Source of the DNA: Azolla caroliniana
Taxonomy: Eukaryota; Plantae; Polypodiophyta
Assembly (NCBI GenBank): GCA_043228905.1
Contig: JBHGNT010000014.1
Span: 20,212,001 to 20,276,000, forward strand
Length of the DNA: 64,000 nt
Direction: 5' to 3'
Positions 38,833-51,515 of this stretch are shown one piece after another (position 1 is the stretch's first letter; every line of letters begins with the position of its first letter). The translations under genes were made by a program, and so were the position numbers. The notes beneath the pieces are model-generated. The model searched no databases. It worked only from the letters and a program-made list of their open reading frames with translations, and was not told the origin of the DNA.

Positions 38833-41800
38833 GGCCACAAAACAACACTCTTAGGGTCAAAGCTCTGACAAAATTAACATCACCCTTTTCGTGTACATAC
38901 ATACATATATTAAAACTTCATGACAATACGAAAAAACAAACCCTCCGACCACGATGCCCCCCGTCCCCCAATAGTGTAGTTGAAAAACTGATAAGTCAAT
39001 TATCTTCATTTCGGCATGCGTACCTAGGGTGGCACTCCATGCAGACCTGCCACACTACAACCCCATTTCTCATATTCTCATCACACCATGTACCCCTATA
39101 CCTAAGGTTGTCAAACACAAACTTATACGATGGTGACGACAAAGTTATGGCTCCTTGAGTGACGACGACCCGTTGAAAGAGTGACGAAATTTCCACAATT
39201 CACAATGCCCAAAGTTGCAACCTAATGACCCAATTGGATCTAGCATCTAAGCATGCAAGGGATCTGTAGTTGGGATCCTCCTCAATCACTGTATAAAAAT
39301 GAATATGTCCCATCTAAAATGCAACTGTGTTTTTTATTCACGACCAAAGGCAATCCACCCACCATTGCCCACTAAAGAAACACTCTCTCACAAAATGGAA
39401 GATGAGGTTGTCATCCTTCATCCAATGTTTATATGCTACCATTGTATACATTGGGGTAATACCTTCACCACTAACAACCATATGTTCAATTCGACTTACG
39501 ATAAATGGAATGAGTATTTTTATATTATTTTGTTATACAATTCACGAAATTGAGGCAATTTGTAAGGTTGTTTGATGGAGACCCGAAGGTCATGTGTTCA
39601 ACCCTTCCATTCCACAATGGTATTTAGTAAATTTAGAGAATATATATGGAGTAATAGAGGTGAGAAATTTGGGTCTTAAACCCAATGCCTAGGATTGGTG
39701 GACTAACAACTTACCACTAGTCTTAGACTTATGATTAGTAGTATCGGTTTTCTAATAGGTAGGTAGAGGACTAGGAAGTTGTAACAAGTGGGTTTCACAC
39801 GCAATTAATATAATTGTATGCTTCTACCAAAAAATAAAAAGTGAGAGAGAGATAACATGAAATTAATTTGATTTTAAATTTAAAATGGGATACAAAGGAA
39901 TAATGATTTTGGTCTGCACCACAAAGGGGGGGAGCATGAGTCAAATTTTAAGAAATATCGCACAATGATGTCTTATATATTTTCGTAAGGTAACTATTAT
40001 TGTTCCCCAAGGTTCTATACGTTGATTCTAGAAAGGCATAGTGAAGATGCACATTGTTATACATATTGAGGTTGATTGCATACTTACCTCCCATTTGGTC
40101 TCATTCATCTTACATTAAACATGCATTGTTTTGTGTTTTCCTAAAAGAATAGAGCCAATGGATCATGATGGCTTGTGGGGTTACTTTTCTTAGACAATTT
40201 TGTTCTTTTTGCAATTATTCAATTCTGTAATAATCTCCATGACATATTTTGTGGTTGTTTTAAGATGACATAGTTATATAGAAGCACCCACTTATAGATT
40301 TTGTTTTAACTATCGTCCTCTCTAGTATCATCTATGTTGTTTGTGACATGGGGGTATCTTGCGTGACCTTTTTTGGTAATAAAAAGTACATATACAAGGT
40401 TGGATCCAAGCTCAAGTATAAAAAATGGACCACAAAAGGCAGTGTTGACATGGTATTTGACACCAAGAGAAAGTTTATTGGTACCATGATGTGTAGGCTA
40501 TGTAAGGGATATCATTCTTGTGGGGCTAGTTCAAGAAAATGTTTTACACGTAAGCACAAACATTTTAATCATTCAATATCATACATGTTATCTATTGCAT
40601 TGTTACCACATAAGTCTTGTTGTGTGGTTAAATTTTAAGGGAGTCAATGTATGTTAAGTCTTGCTACCACATTGGGCTACACAAGGTTGTATCAATGGGG
40701 TTGTCTTTCTATTATGGACCAAAGTAATGATGAGGAAAACAATAAGAGATTAAGGAGAATAATGGATTAAGGGTGCTTAACCACATTGACCACCCATGAG
40801 AAAAGAACATTAGACAAGAATAAAATACCATCGAATATTACCTTATATTATACGTTGGTTGTTGACTAATGCTTCCGACTAGGAGAGCTTAACGGCATTA
40901 CTAGAGTCTCTCATCTCAAGATGGCATAATGAAGGGGGTAGCTAGTCCCCTTTATATAGCTCAACACCAAAAGGATCCCAAACCACCACTTGTGCCACAT
41001 GTCATAGGTCCGTATGGGTTTTCCTAGATTCCAATATACCAATCTTAGCCCATTAAAATTAGTTATAAAATTGGTTCATAAGGTCATGCTTATAACAATG
41101 TCATACCAAGAAAATCCATATTGGTTGGCTAAATATGTTTGTTAGCCAATGCCATATGTTTAAACATTGCTTTGTGGCCTTTTTCACTTGTTACAATATT
41201 GTGGCGATGATATTTCCTGGGGCTATAACTGGAATTATCTTTTTATCCACTTGCATATTGCTTTATGACTTGCTCATTGTTGCTAATGAGTTTCCACAAG
41301 CCCCTCTTTCTTTTTATTTAAAGTTGGCATTTGAGCTTAAGTGGGATTGGTCAAATCCTTACATCCATCAATTTCACCCATTTCACTGCCAAACATCGTT
41401 TCGAGCAATAGATTCAATATGTTCATTGCAATATGGGAAACTACTTACCTTTGTATTTTGGACGGTGGTTTAAATAAGCAAGCAATTGGGCACATAACAC
41501 AAATGTTCCATACATAGTTGTACATAAAAGATGAAGTTGATTCGTGCAAGATATCGAGTGAGGAACAAACAAGTTATCAAGGAATTTGTACATCTTTATC
41601 ACTACAATATAAGCACAACTATAGTTGGTCAAATTAGACAACCTTTTGGAGAGGCAGTGTACAAAAATGTTTGACATTAAGACATTTCCAAGATAATTAA
41701 GTTAAAGGCCAACAAGAGTAGGAAAAATAATGAATATAGGCTTTCATCATGACCTTGAATGGTTTTCTTTAGTTTTCAATCTACCAAAAGGTACAAAAGA

Positions 41801-42486
41801 AATTGCCGGCTTCGTTTAGCTTGCAAAGGAACATAATAGGGATGTAACTTACACGTCATGGAAAATCTCAGCCAAATGTGAACACAAGATTTCATAGTGT
41901 AGGTTGGTTTGTCGCAAAATGTAGTATATACTAAATTTCATCTCATAGGTTGGTCCAAGGTGTAATATATGCTAAATTTCATATTGTTGGTGTCACAAAA
42001 TTACACATGCATATGTGAATTTGAGTTGGACTCCTGGGAACTTGGACTAGGACAATGGGATATGCTAGATCGTTGATGTCAAGGAGCTTAGAAGATGCCC
42101 TCTTCATTCTTGTTTTCTTTATGGAATCTAAATTTATTTATTTGATACGCTCATACGAGTGTTGAGTGATTGTGTGTATACAGGTGAGCATGTATACATA
42201 TTTATATTGTGTGCAACCAGTGACTATATGTAGGTGATTTAAAATAGATGTGTAAGGTACATATAAATGAAGTAGTGTGTGCACTTGAATTCAAGTATAT
42301 ATATATATAAGTGTATTAGTATATGAGGTTGCAACTTGCACATGTGTATGTAAATCAATGTATGTTTAAATGTTTGTTATAAGGTGCGAATGTATATATA
42401 TACATGTCCATAATTATTTGTTGGGAGGTGGGAAGGGGTATTTAGGGAATTAGGAAGGGTTTAGTTTATTGTGGGTAGGCTTGTTT

Positions 42487-43280
42487 TTTTTTCCCCCCAT
42501 AAAAAATATCCTCCATTGGTATTAAAATTAAAGGAAACTATATACATATATTGTGTTGCATTTGTTCAAAACTAATACAACCCCTCCTCGGCATATCCAT
42601 AGTCTCTACACCGTTTCTCCGTTCGAGCATATCTCGAAATTAAACTAGACCATTAAAAAAGACTTCTTGCTTGTCTTATGGCAAAGACTTGTTAAGCTTC
42701 AAGCATACTTCTCAATAAGGCAGTTGTTTGTGTGACCTCCATGTATTACGAGGACATTTGAAGATGGAAGTTGTTCCCTTTCTGTATATCTCCCATGTTG
42801 CCACATGCTTTCAACATACCAAAAAATGTCATCATATTAGGTAAGAGGCCTTGCACCAGCATCTGAAGATAGAGTTGTGTAGCATCCTCATTCTTATCAT
42901 GCTCAGTATAGCCCAATAACATGACAGTCCATTGTACCACATCTCCAACCAACAATAATCCATCAAAAGGCTCTCGGGCTTCAATTATTGGTTCACATTT
43001 ACTGTAGCAACAAACCGATCTTTTTCAAATCCTTCTTTTGCATGATCACCATGTAATTCCCCTCCTCTTGTTAGAGACTCTACGCCAAAACAAGCTTTCA
43101 AGAAGCAAACAAATGAAGCAAAATTCTTCTATTTGCATTTGTTCCAGGCCATAAAACAACTACTTTTCAAGCCCATAGTCAGTACATCCAGATGCAATCA
43201 CATTCCATTATCAAACTACATTTGATGTACAAATGAAAGAGTCCCACAAGCATTTAGGATATGTGACAATATTTGGGATA
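42487..43280 (-). pseudogene. Retroposed PLS-class PPR fragment with LINE-like tail, poly(A) and 15-bp TSD
   Basis: TSD tgggtaggcttgttt at 42472-42486 and 43281-43295. PPR motifs FVCFLKAC...GGELHG...KEGFEKDRFV and DVVQWTVMLLGYTEH...PNMMTFFGMLKACGNMG. Disrupted frame. Confidence 0.8.
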
Positions 43281-43548
43281 TGGGTAGGCTTGTTTAATTT
43301 ATAAATGTAACAAAAGGTCGAATAAGGTGCATGTGACATGGGATCACTGACAAATGTTGACAGTGTGAACAGATGGACATCAACAACTACAAGTAGCAGG
43401 GATGGGATTGACAAATGACAGTAAGACGGGTTGTGGCATGGAGGTGACTATGGTCTTTGTCTACATTGCTACAACACTAGCAAATTTGAGGGAACTCCTT
43501 TGTTAAACCAAAGAGTTAGGTGTGTCGAGCTTTCACTCAATGCCTTTG

Positions 43549-43733
43549 CACGTGGTTGGTGTTGAGAAGAATTCCTCGAATCAAGAAAACTTCCTCGACG
43601 CAAGGGCACTTTTCCTTGGGTCGGAGAAAGCCCCCTTTACACGTGGCATCGCTGACGTGGCCTCAAGGACAAAATAAATACATTGAAAATAACGAAAGTG
43701 TCTTTTTTGTCAGATGTTGTTCGATGGACGTGT
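43549..43733. promoter_or_regulatory. Cluster of G-box/ABRE-like ACGTG elements upstream of the PP2A B' gene
   Basis: cacgtgg 43549, cacgtggc 43640, gacgtggc 43654, gacgtgt 43727. Confidence 0.4.
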
Positions 43734-44413
43734 GACACTTGCATCTTCAGTCGGCAATTGGCATGGGGGGTTTTATTACAACCATTTGAAAATCTCTTGT
43801 TACTTGTAAATTTTCTTCTTCTTGGTGATCGGATTCGTGTTCCGAAGATTTCATCACGACCCTCATGATACCTCCTATTCGCGTTTGTGAGCGAGCCCTC
43901 TGGTTGCGATTTCTTGTGATTCGTTTTTCAGTCAAATTCGGCTTCGAACCTGGATAACTTCACGCACTGTTCTCGGAACTTCGAGCCGAAAATCCGGCCA
44001 TGATCCTTAATCGATTACGGACAACATGAAGTGGTAGGATTAGCATAAATAGCTTTAAAAATAAATAAATATAGATGTCAAAATAGCATACTACATTCAG
44101 AAGCTCACAAAGAGCTGATTCAAATATGTATACGAAAGATCACCGCCTTGTAGTCTCTCTCGAAGGACTTCTGTGTCCGGCAGCGTGTGTGAATGACCCC
44201 TCATTCACTCACTCCACTCACTCCACTTCAGGCAGCAGCAGAAGAGGAAAACAAAAGCAAACAAAAAAAGCAAACAAAAAAGCATATGCCATGGAAGCTG
44301 TCAAAAACGGGTGAAAAATCAAACCATTTAGAATAAGTCTCTCTCTCTCTCTCCCTCTCTCTCCCTCTCTCTCTAAGTAGTCCATTACTCTGTTTTCAAA
44401 GCTTTTCTTTCTT

Positions 44414-44455
<42 letters not shown>

Positions 44456-44624
44456 AGACACCCATACCCACACCCACAGCCAGACCTCCAACCACAGATT
44501 CCTCAGCATAAGACAGAAGAGGGTAACCCACATGTTCTATGTTCTTTCCAAGCTTTAGTGGCAGAGATCTGAGATGGTTTCCTTCTGAATCTGGTCAGAT
44601 CAGATCTAGTTCTTGCACAGAACC

Positions 44625-47365
44625 ATGTTTAAACAGATACTTGGAAAGCTACCCGGGAATAAGTCCTCCAAATCAACCCAAGGCATCCACCATGAAACAT
44701 CAGGAGCGAGAAACAGTAATTCTGATGCATCCGGAAGAAACCCTAATTCTGGCTCTTTGCTAATACAAGGAAGGTTCTCAAATGGTGTGAAAACGACGCC
44801 CTTTCCTGTGGGCGGAACTGGAAATGAATTTGTAGAGCTCTTGCCGTCGTTCAGGGATGTGGCTGCTTCCGAAAGGCAGAATTTGTTGATAAGAAAGCTA
44901 AACCTGTGCTGTGTGGTCTTCGATTTCACCGATCCGACAAAAAACTTGAAGGAAAAGGATATGAAGAGACAAACCCTTCAAGAACTTTTAGAATTCGTGG
45001 GTTCATATTCGGGTAAGTTCTCCGACCTTGTTATGGAAGAGATCACTAAAATGGTAATGGCTAATGCATTCCGCACATTGCCCCCTTTCACACATGAGAA
45101 TACGGGTGGTGAGATTTTTGACCCTGAAGAAGATGAGCCATCTTTGGAACCTTCTTGGATTCATCTGCAACCTGTATATGAAATTTTTCTTCGATTTCTT
45201 TCATCTTCGGAGATGGACCCAAAAGCTGCCAAACGATACATTGACCATTCGTTCATACTCAAGATAATTGATCTATTTGATTCCGAAGATAGCCGAGAGA
45301 GGGAGTATTTGAAGTCAATCCTTCATAGAATCTATGGTAAGTTTATGGTGCACCGGCCTTTTATTCGGAAATCAATCAATAATGTACTCTATCGGTTGAT
45401 CTTCGAGACTGAGCGGCAAAATGGGGTTGCTGAGCTTTTGGAGATATTGGGTAGTATTATCAATGGATTTGCTCTGCCTCTCAAGGAAGAGCACAAGCTC
45501 TTCCTTGTGAGAGTTCTGATACCGCTTCACAAACCAAAAAGTGTGTCACTTTACCATAGACAATTGACTTACTGTATCACTCAGTTTGTTGAGAAGGAGT
45601 TAAAGTTGGCTGATACTGTAATAAGGGGATTGCTCAAGTATTGGCCAGTTACTAACACCCAGAAGGAAGTATTGTTTCTAGGAGAGTTAGAAGAAGTTTT
45701 AGAAGCAACTCAACCTGCAGAGTTTCAACGATGTATGGTTCCTCTTTTTCGGCAGATTGGGAAATGCCTCAACAGCTCTAATTTCCAGGTACGTATTTCC
45801 ATTTCAACATCGTTTCTCATCATTTATGCTTGTTAAGGGGATATTAACTTCATATGCACCATTTCAATCATTTAAAAAGTGATTGAACAGTTAAGACTGC
45901 ACATCAATATGTGCAATGCTGTAAGCGTTGTTCTGTCATGAACTTAATTTCAAAGATACTAATTTTCTATACATGCACGCACGCATAAACTATGACGCAC
46001 GTGCACACATACATACGTGGACTGTCAATGAGGTGATGCTAAAGTTGCGTGGTTATAGCCAAGCCAAGAATAACGAATCTGACATTCTGTGGAGCATAGG
46101 TACAACAAAATGGACAATTCAGGCTCTGAAAATTACTGAGCATTATTTCTATGGGCTAAATCCCCAGGTCACCCTGAGAATATTCTTTTTTTGTCAGTAG
46201 AGGAGTTTTCAAGTAGCCATGAGTTAGGCTAGAGTGATAAGATAATGATGGAAGCAGCAAGTTGCATCAACCTTCTTTTTCTTAAGAGAAATAGTTGACT
46301 TTGTGCAAGTATTTTTTCAAGCTTTGATTTGGGAGAGACTTTCTTCATGATTCATCATGTATGAGTCGACGAGATGCTAGAGCAATGCGAGCCATCATAT
46401 GACCTCCAATCTACTAAGGGCAATCATTTGATTGATGAACCTTCTTTCTAGGGCAATTAAAGACTTTGCTTTATCAATGTGTTTTATATATACATGAGAG
46501 GGTTATGCCATTGTTTGGGGATATAGCTTCTGAAGTGATATATAGAGAGAGTTTGTCAATGTGTTAAAGAGTACAAACATGGTAATATGTAAAGTGTTGG
46601 TGCTATATGAGTTGCACAATTCTACATATGATCATGAAAAAAGCTGCAGCAAGGGGTGCACTCATTAGGTGATATGAGTCTCAAAGTGATCTCTGAAGAG
46701 TGTTCGTCTATGTGTAGAAGAGTACAAACATGGTGATATATATATATAGTTTCTGTGGTATATGTAAAACACATGGATAAAACATGTTTTCTGTATTGCT
46801 CAAGGGTTCCTTGGTTATTCAAGTGTCAAAAGTCATTTATATACAGAAGAAGAAGAAGAAGAAGAAGATTGACATCTATATCTGTATATCTATATATAGG
46901 TATAGTTATAGGAATAGGTAGAAGTATAGGTATAGATCTTGATAGATGGATAGATAACGCTTAGTCTGATGAAAAGACTTTGATTCCTCCATCTTGGGTT
47001 ATTTTGTTTCTTTTCTTTTTGTGCAGGTTGCAGAGCGAGCTTTATTCTTATGGAACAATGATCATCTTATAACTCTCGTTGCACAAAACCTGGATGTTAT
47101 TGTACCTCTCATCTTTCCCGCTATAGAGACAAACACACGTGGCCACTGGAATCAGGCGGTTCACAGTCTAACTTTGAATACCAGGAAATTGCTCATGGAA
47201 CTCAACCAGGACCTCTTTGAGAAATGCAGACACAACTTCGAGGAAGGTGAAATAAAAAAGAAAATGATGCGAGAAAGGCGGGAGTTGACGTGGCAGCGGC
47301 TAGATGCCCTTGCATCCAAAAGCACGCCACCCATTACGACACCAGCCTTGGTCTCACAAAGCTAA
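44625..47365 (+). CDS. PP2A-B': Protein phosphatase 2A regulatory subunit B' (B56 family), about 500 aa
   Basis: Exons 44625-45788 and 47027-47365 (GT-AG, 1503 nt). Motifs [64 protein letters not shown]. Probable 5'UTR intron at about 44523-44620. Confidence 0.95.
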
Positions 47366-48038
47366 TGGAGGTATGGATTATTTTTCCTCAATCCTCACTA
47401 AAAGAAGTTTTTATTTTTTTATATATATCCCATGAAGATGCTGAAAAAAATGACTCATTTTTTTATTTACCGTCTTTTTTATCCATAGGGAAAAAATGAT
47501 ACCTCTATCATGACCCCTTTTCTTGGCTATATCATTTTATGCTCTAGTATAATCCTTGAATTTGGGTTGCAATGCATTGCGACATGACCGATAATGACCG
47601 AAGCGAGAATGTATTCTGTGAACTATTTGCGCACTTGATTCTCACCATCTTTTTACACCATGCCTAGAGCATTTGCTGATACCGTTTTGGTTCTGAAAGA
47701 CATGAACGATGCCACTTTCTTTATTTCTTCTTTTTACTACATTACTTGCCTATATATAGCTCCAGATAATATTAAAGAGTTTTAAGGATCGGATTGGAGA
47801 AAGGCAAAGTAATAAGACTGTGACTCTGTAAAGGGATCTTATGGCTCCGATGTGTTCTTTGTTTACTTTTTTTCTGGGCCATTAGCAATCAAACCTATGG
47901 GGATGTTTGCTCTCTTGAGTCTTTGCTAATGGTCTAACATGTATAGTGATTGAATGTACTTCTCACAAATATGATCGATAAGAATGATCTACTAAACTAA
48001 AATTGCGGTCTTATCATCTTTGATTGATTGGAGGGGTG

Positions 48039-48241
48039 GTATTAAAATCAGTAAAATGTCATCGTCTCTTTCTGTGATCTGATTAATAAGAGGAATGGCT
48101 TGGTTGTATTAAAATCAGTAAAATGTCATCGTCTCTTTCCGTGATCTGATTAATAAGAGGAATGGCTTGGTTGTATTAAAATCAGTAAAATGTCATCGTC
48201 TCTTTCTGTGATCTGATTAATAAGAGGAATGGCTTGGTTGT
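48039..48241. repeat. 67-bp tandem triplication
   Basis: gtattaaaatcagtaaaatgtcatcgtctcttt...aatggcttggtt at 48039, 48106 and 48173, nearly identical. Confidence 0.95.
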
Positions 48242-50216
48242 GAAGAAAAATACAGTATGTGTATATGTATATATATTATAGGGTACATGTGTGATGCTTA
48301 AATATGTAAACATAAGTATTGCATGTCATAGATTCTCTAAAAAGAGTGACCTTGAAATTTGCTACCTAAAATTAATTTAGAAAAACGAGGAATTGTTTGG
48401 AGGATTATGGTTTTAAATTTCATGTTTACCTTTAAATGTTTGTATAGGTTTGATCGCGTTTTTTTCTGGGCTTACATGATCATTATTGCCACAGTTTAGG
48501 GCCTTTGTAAGTATTTCGAAAACAAATGGGATTTTTTTATTTAACATGTTATGAATGGGTTCCTTTTTACATTTATTGTAAATCCAATGTTAAGAGTGTT
48601 ATGGATTTGTCTTCCTTAAACTTAAGGGATTCTATCCCTTTCTTCTATACATTAATCTGTTGTAAATTTGAGCATCATGGTGGATGTATATCAATACCAC
48701 AAATTTAATCTAAACAATGCATTTTCTTTTTGTTGTTGTATGATAAATGCAAATACCTTATATTGGAAGAGAATGGGAAATATACAATAAGAGGAAAGCA
48801 AAAATATATTTGGCCATGTTTTTGTGGTTCTTGAGAATTGGCAATATATTTGTTAGTAGGAAAACAGCAAACTTGAAGTCAAAGACAAAGTTGTTGCATT
48901 TTTGTTTGAGATGGTTCTCAACAATCATGATTTAATTGAGAGCCTCAAAAACTTCATGGTCTTGATTATTCAGTCCCAGAAAGAGTTGTAGGTCATGATG
49001 TTTTGCAAAAAGGATGGAACAATATGCGATCACAAAACTTTCCACATGGAAAATTATTAGAGATCATTGTGAGAGATTTGACAAACTGCAAATGAGTATC
49101 TTCTTAAGGGCTTTTGTTGTATGTTGTGTCTTGCAAAAATGTAATTGAATAACTAGCCAGCTCTAAAGAAAGCTAATGATTACATGTAAGCTTGAAGGCA
49201 TGTTTACCTTGCAAGTAAGCATGCATCCAAAATTGTCCTTTAGTTGGTTACTATGGCATATGCAGCTTTTTGTATGACTTGCTAGAGACATAGATGAGTA
49301 GGTAATTTACATGGGCAATCAAGAATAATTAGTAACAATTTCAAAGATCCAATCTCGAGAAAAGGCCATATAACACATTGTCAAGAACAAATAGCCAAAG
49401 AAAAAGAATGATTAGAATCTATGCATGACTTACATCCTTTACGTTGTTGTATGTACTAGAATCAATAATCCCAACCGAGTGCAAGTTGGCATTCATTGAG
49501 TTTTTTCAACTCAAAGAATGATAGGACAAGGCAAAGGGAAAAAAATAAAGCATTCTTATAGTATTGACACTATTCCCCCCTTGCACTAATGACATCATTA
49601 TTCCTTTACAACATTAGTGGATATTAATAGAACAACTGCATAATTTTAAGAAGGGCTCAAACCATATCTATTGTGGTGCTATTGTTTCTAGGACATCCAA
49701 TATGGACATGAATTTCCATGCAATGGATAATTGGTTAAGAATCAAATGTTAGAAAGTGATGGTGTGTGATCGATAAGATTGAATGTCTTATACAAAAAGA
49801 AACTAATGAATGCAATAGGATTTACCATTGGAAAAGGACAAGATACACTAGATGTGACTTGGGTCTAAACACTTTTTCAATGTGGGTCACAATAACTAAG
49901 TGTCTTATTATATGGTCACATAATTCACAATGTCTCACCATTCATTATTCACGAGAAGGAGTTTTTATTCAATGTTGTTAACCAAATGTTTTGTACATTC
50001 TAAGAACACTAGAAATAGAGCCTATATGCCAAAATATTTGGGCGGTAACAACTGTGTTTATACAATATGACTTTGTGATGTTGTCCTACACTCTAGGACG
50101 AATTCTTTTGTATGTGTGTATGTATGCATACATGTATGTACGCATGTATGCATTGTATGTAAGTATTTTATGTATGTAAGTCTCTATGGATGTTAATGTA
50201 TTTTACATGTGCATAC

Positions 50217-50375
50217 ATGGATTTTGAGTGAAACTAAAACAAATGGAATGTTTGCAAATTGAGTAGAATACGTTATCAAGATGAAACAAGATCGCCCACC
50301 GCAAGTTAGACCATCTATGAGTGACAATCTATGAAAACTTCCATGGGTGTGTGACTATTATGAAAGTTGCTCTTG
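50217..50375 (+). pseudogene. rbcS relic (intron piece plus exon-2 fragments)
   Basis: 50217-50250 matches the rbcS-2 intron (reverse complement of 58344-58377) at 33/34 nt. It is followed by aagatcgcccaccgcaagtt (QIAKQV-like) and GAA AAC TTC CAT GGG (ENFHG). Confidence 0.65.
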
Positions 50376-51078
50376 TTCAAGTGTCTTAACCTTGGTGCTA
50401 GTGGGGGAACTCATACTATAAGTGAAACGTCAATATAGTATAATCTCATACAATGAACTATTGAAATATCTTAGAACTAAAACCATTAAAATTGGCTTTA
50501 GAATTGTTTCTCGAGGTTATGCCTACATATAACACATCCCTTTATGCACATTGAAAAGTTTTGGTGTTAGATGTACGTGCATGTGCCTCATGAGCAAGCC
50601 TCACAACAAAGTAGGGTTATCAATGCGAAGTGACCAATGCCATGTAACTTTGTTCCATCCATCAAATGCAACAAAGTGTGTTTAGGAATAATATATTGTT
50701 GGATTTAAGGGATTCAAGAAAGACACGGTGCGATCACTTCATGAGTGGGAGATTTTGTGAATTGTTGGTGATATTCCTATATTACATAGTGATAACATGT
50801 GTGTTTGTGTGTGTGTGTGTGCGTGCTATAGAACTAGTACGCAATGTAGTCTTTCACGGAAACACCAATATGTACTTGACTACTTATATCATTTCATACA
50901 AAGTATGCTAGAGGAGAAGTTTACACAAATGATAACTTTGCTAGGTATATATCACAAATAACACAAAGATTGTGTGGCTCAAGAGGTGTTTCTTCATGCT
51001 AGATCTTTATTAGATCACATTGACTTATTCCATAGAGGTACTTAATTAGGCCCATTCCACTATCTTTCGTAGTGTAGG

Positions 51079-51515
51079 TGACAATCATCAACAGTTCAGT
51101 TCAATTCAATAGTGTCAAAATTGAATCGTTAATTTTTTTTGAAACTTGAACCAAATCAAACCACGAAACCATTTAAACCAAACTGTTAGAACAAATCCAA
51201 ACCGTTAAACCATTAAAAATATGGTTTCGTGGTTCGGTTTCGGTTTTCAAGTTAGGTCAAAATTCAAATTTAAAAATTTAAAAATTTTCATTATTTCAAA
51301 TATTCAAATTTCAAAAATTTAAAGACTTTTCCTAAAATGCAAGAATTAGGCTTAAAAATGAAAAGGTTGTTTAGGGTTAATAATCAACTGGCAACCCTAA
51401 AACATTAAACCGTTTAAATTGAACTGTCCTCCCCAAACCGAACCGAACCATTTAAACCGTTAATCCGCAGTTTCATGGTCTGGTTCAGTTCAAACCAAAC
51501 CGTTGCCGATTGTTA
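51079..51515. mobile_element. hAT-type non-autonomous element (MITE)
   Basis: 8-bp TSD agtgtagg at 51071-51078 and 51516-51523. Imperfect 18-bp TIR (tgacaatcatcaacagtt vs taacaatcggcaacggtt). Subterminal aaccg/aaacc repeats. Confidence 0.8.
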
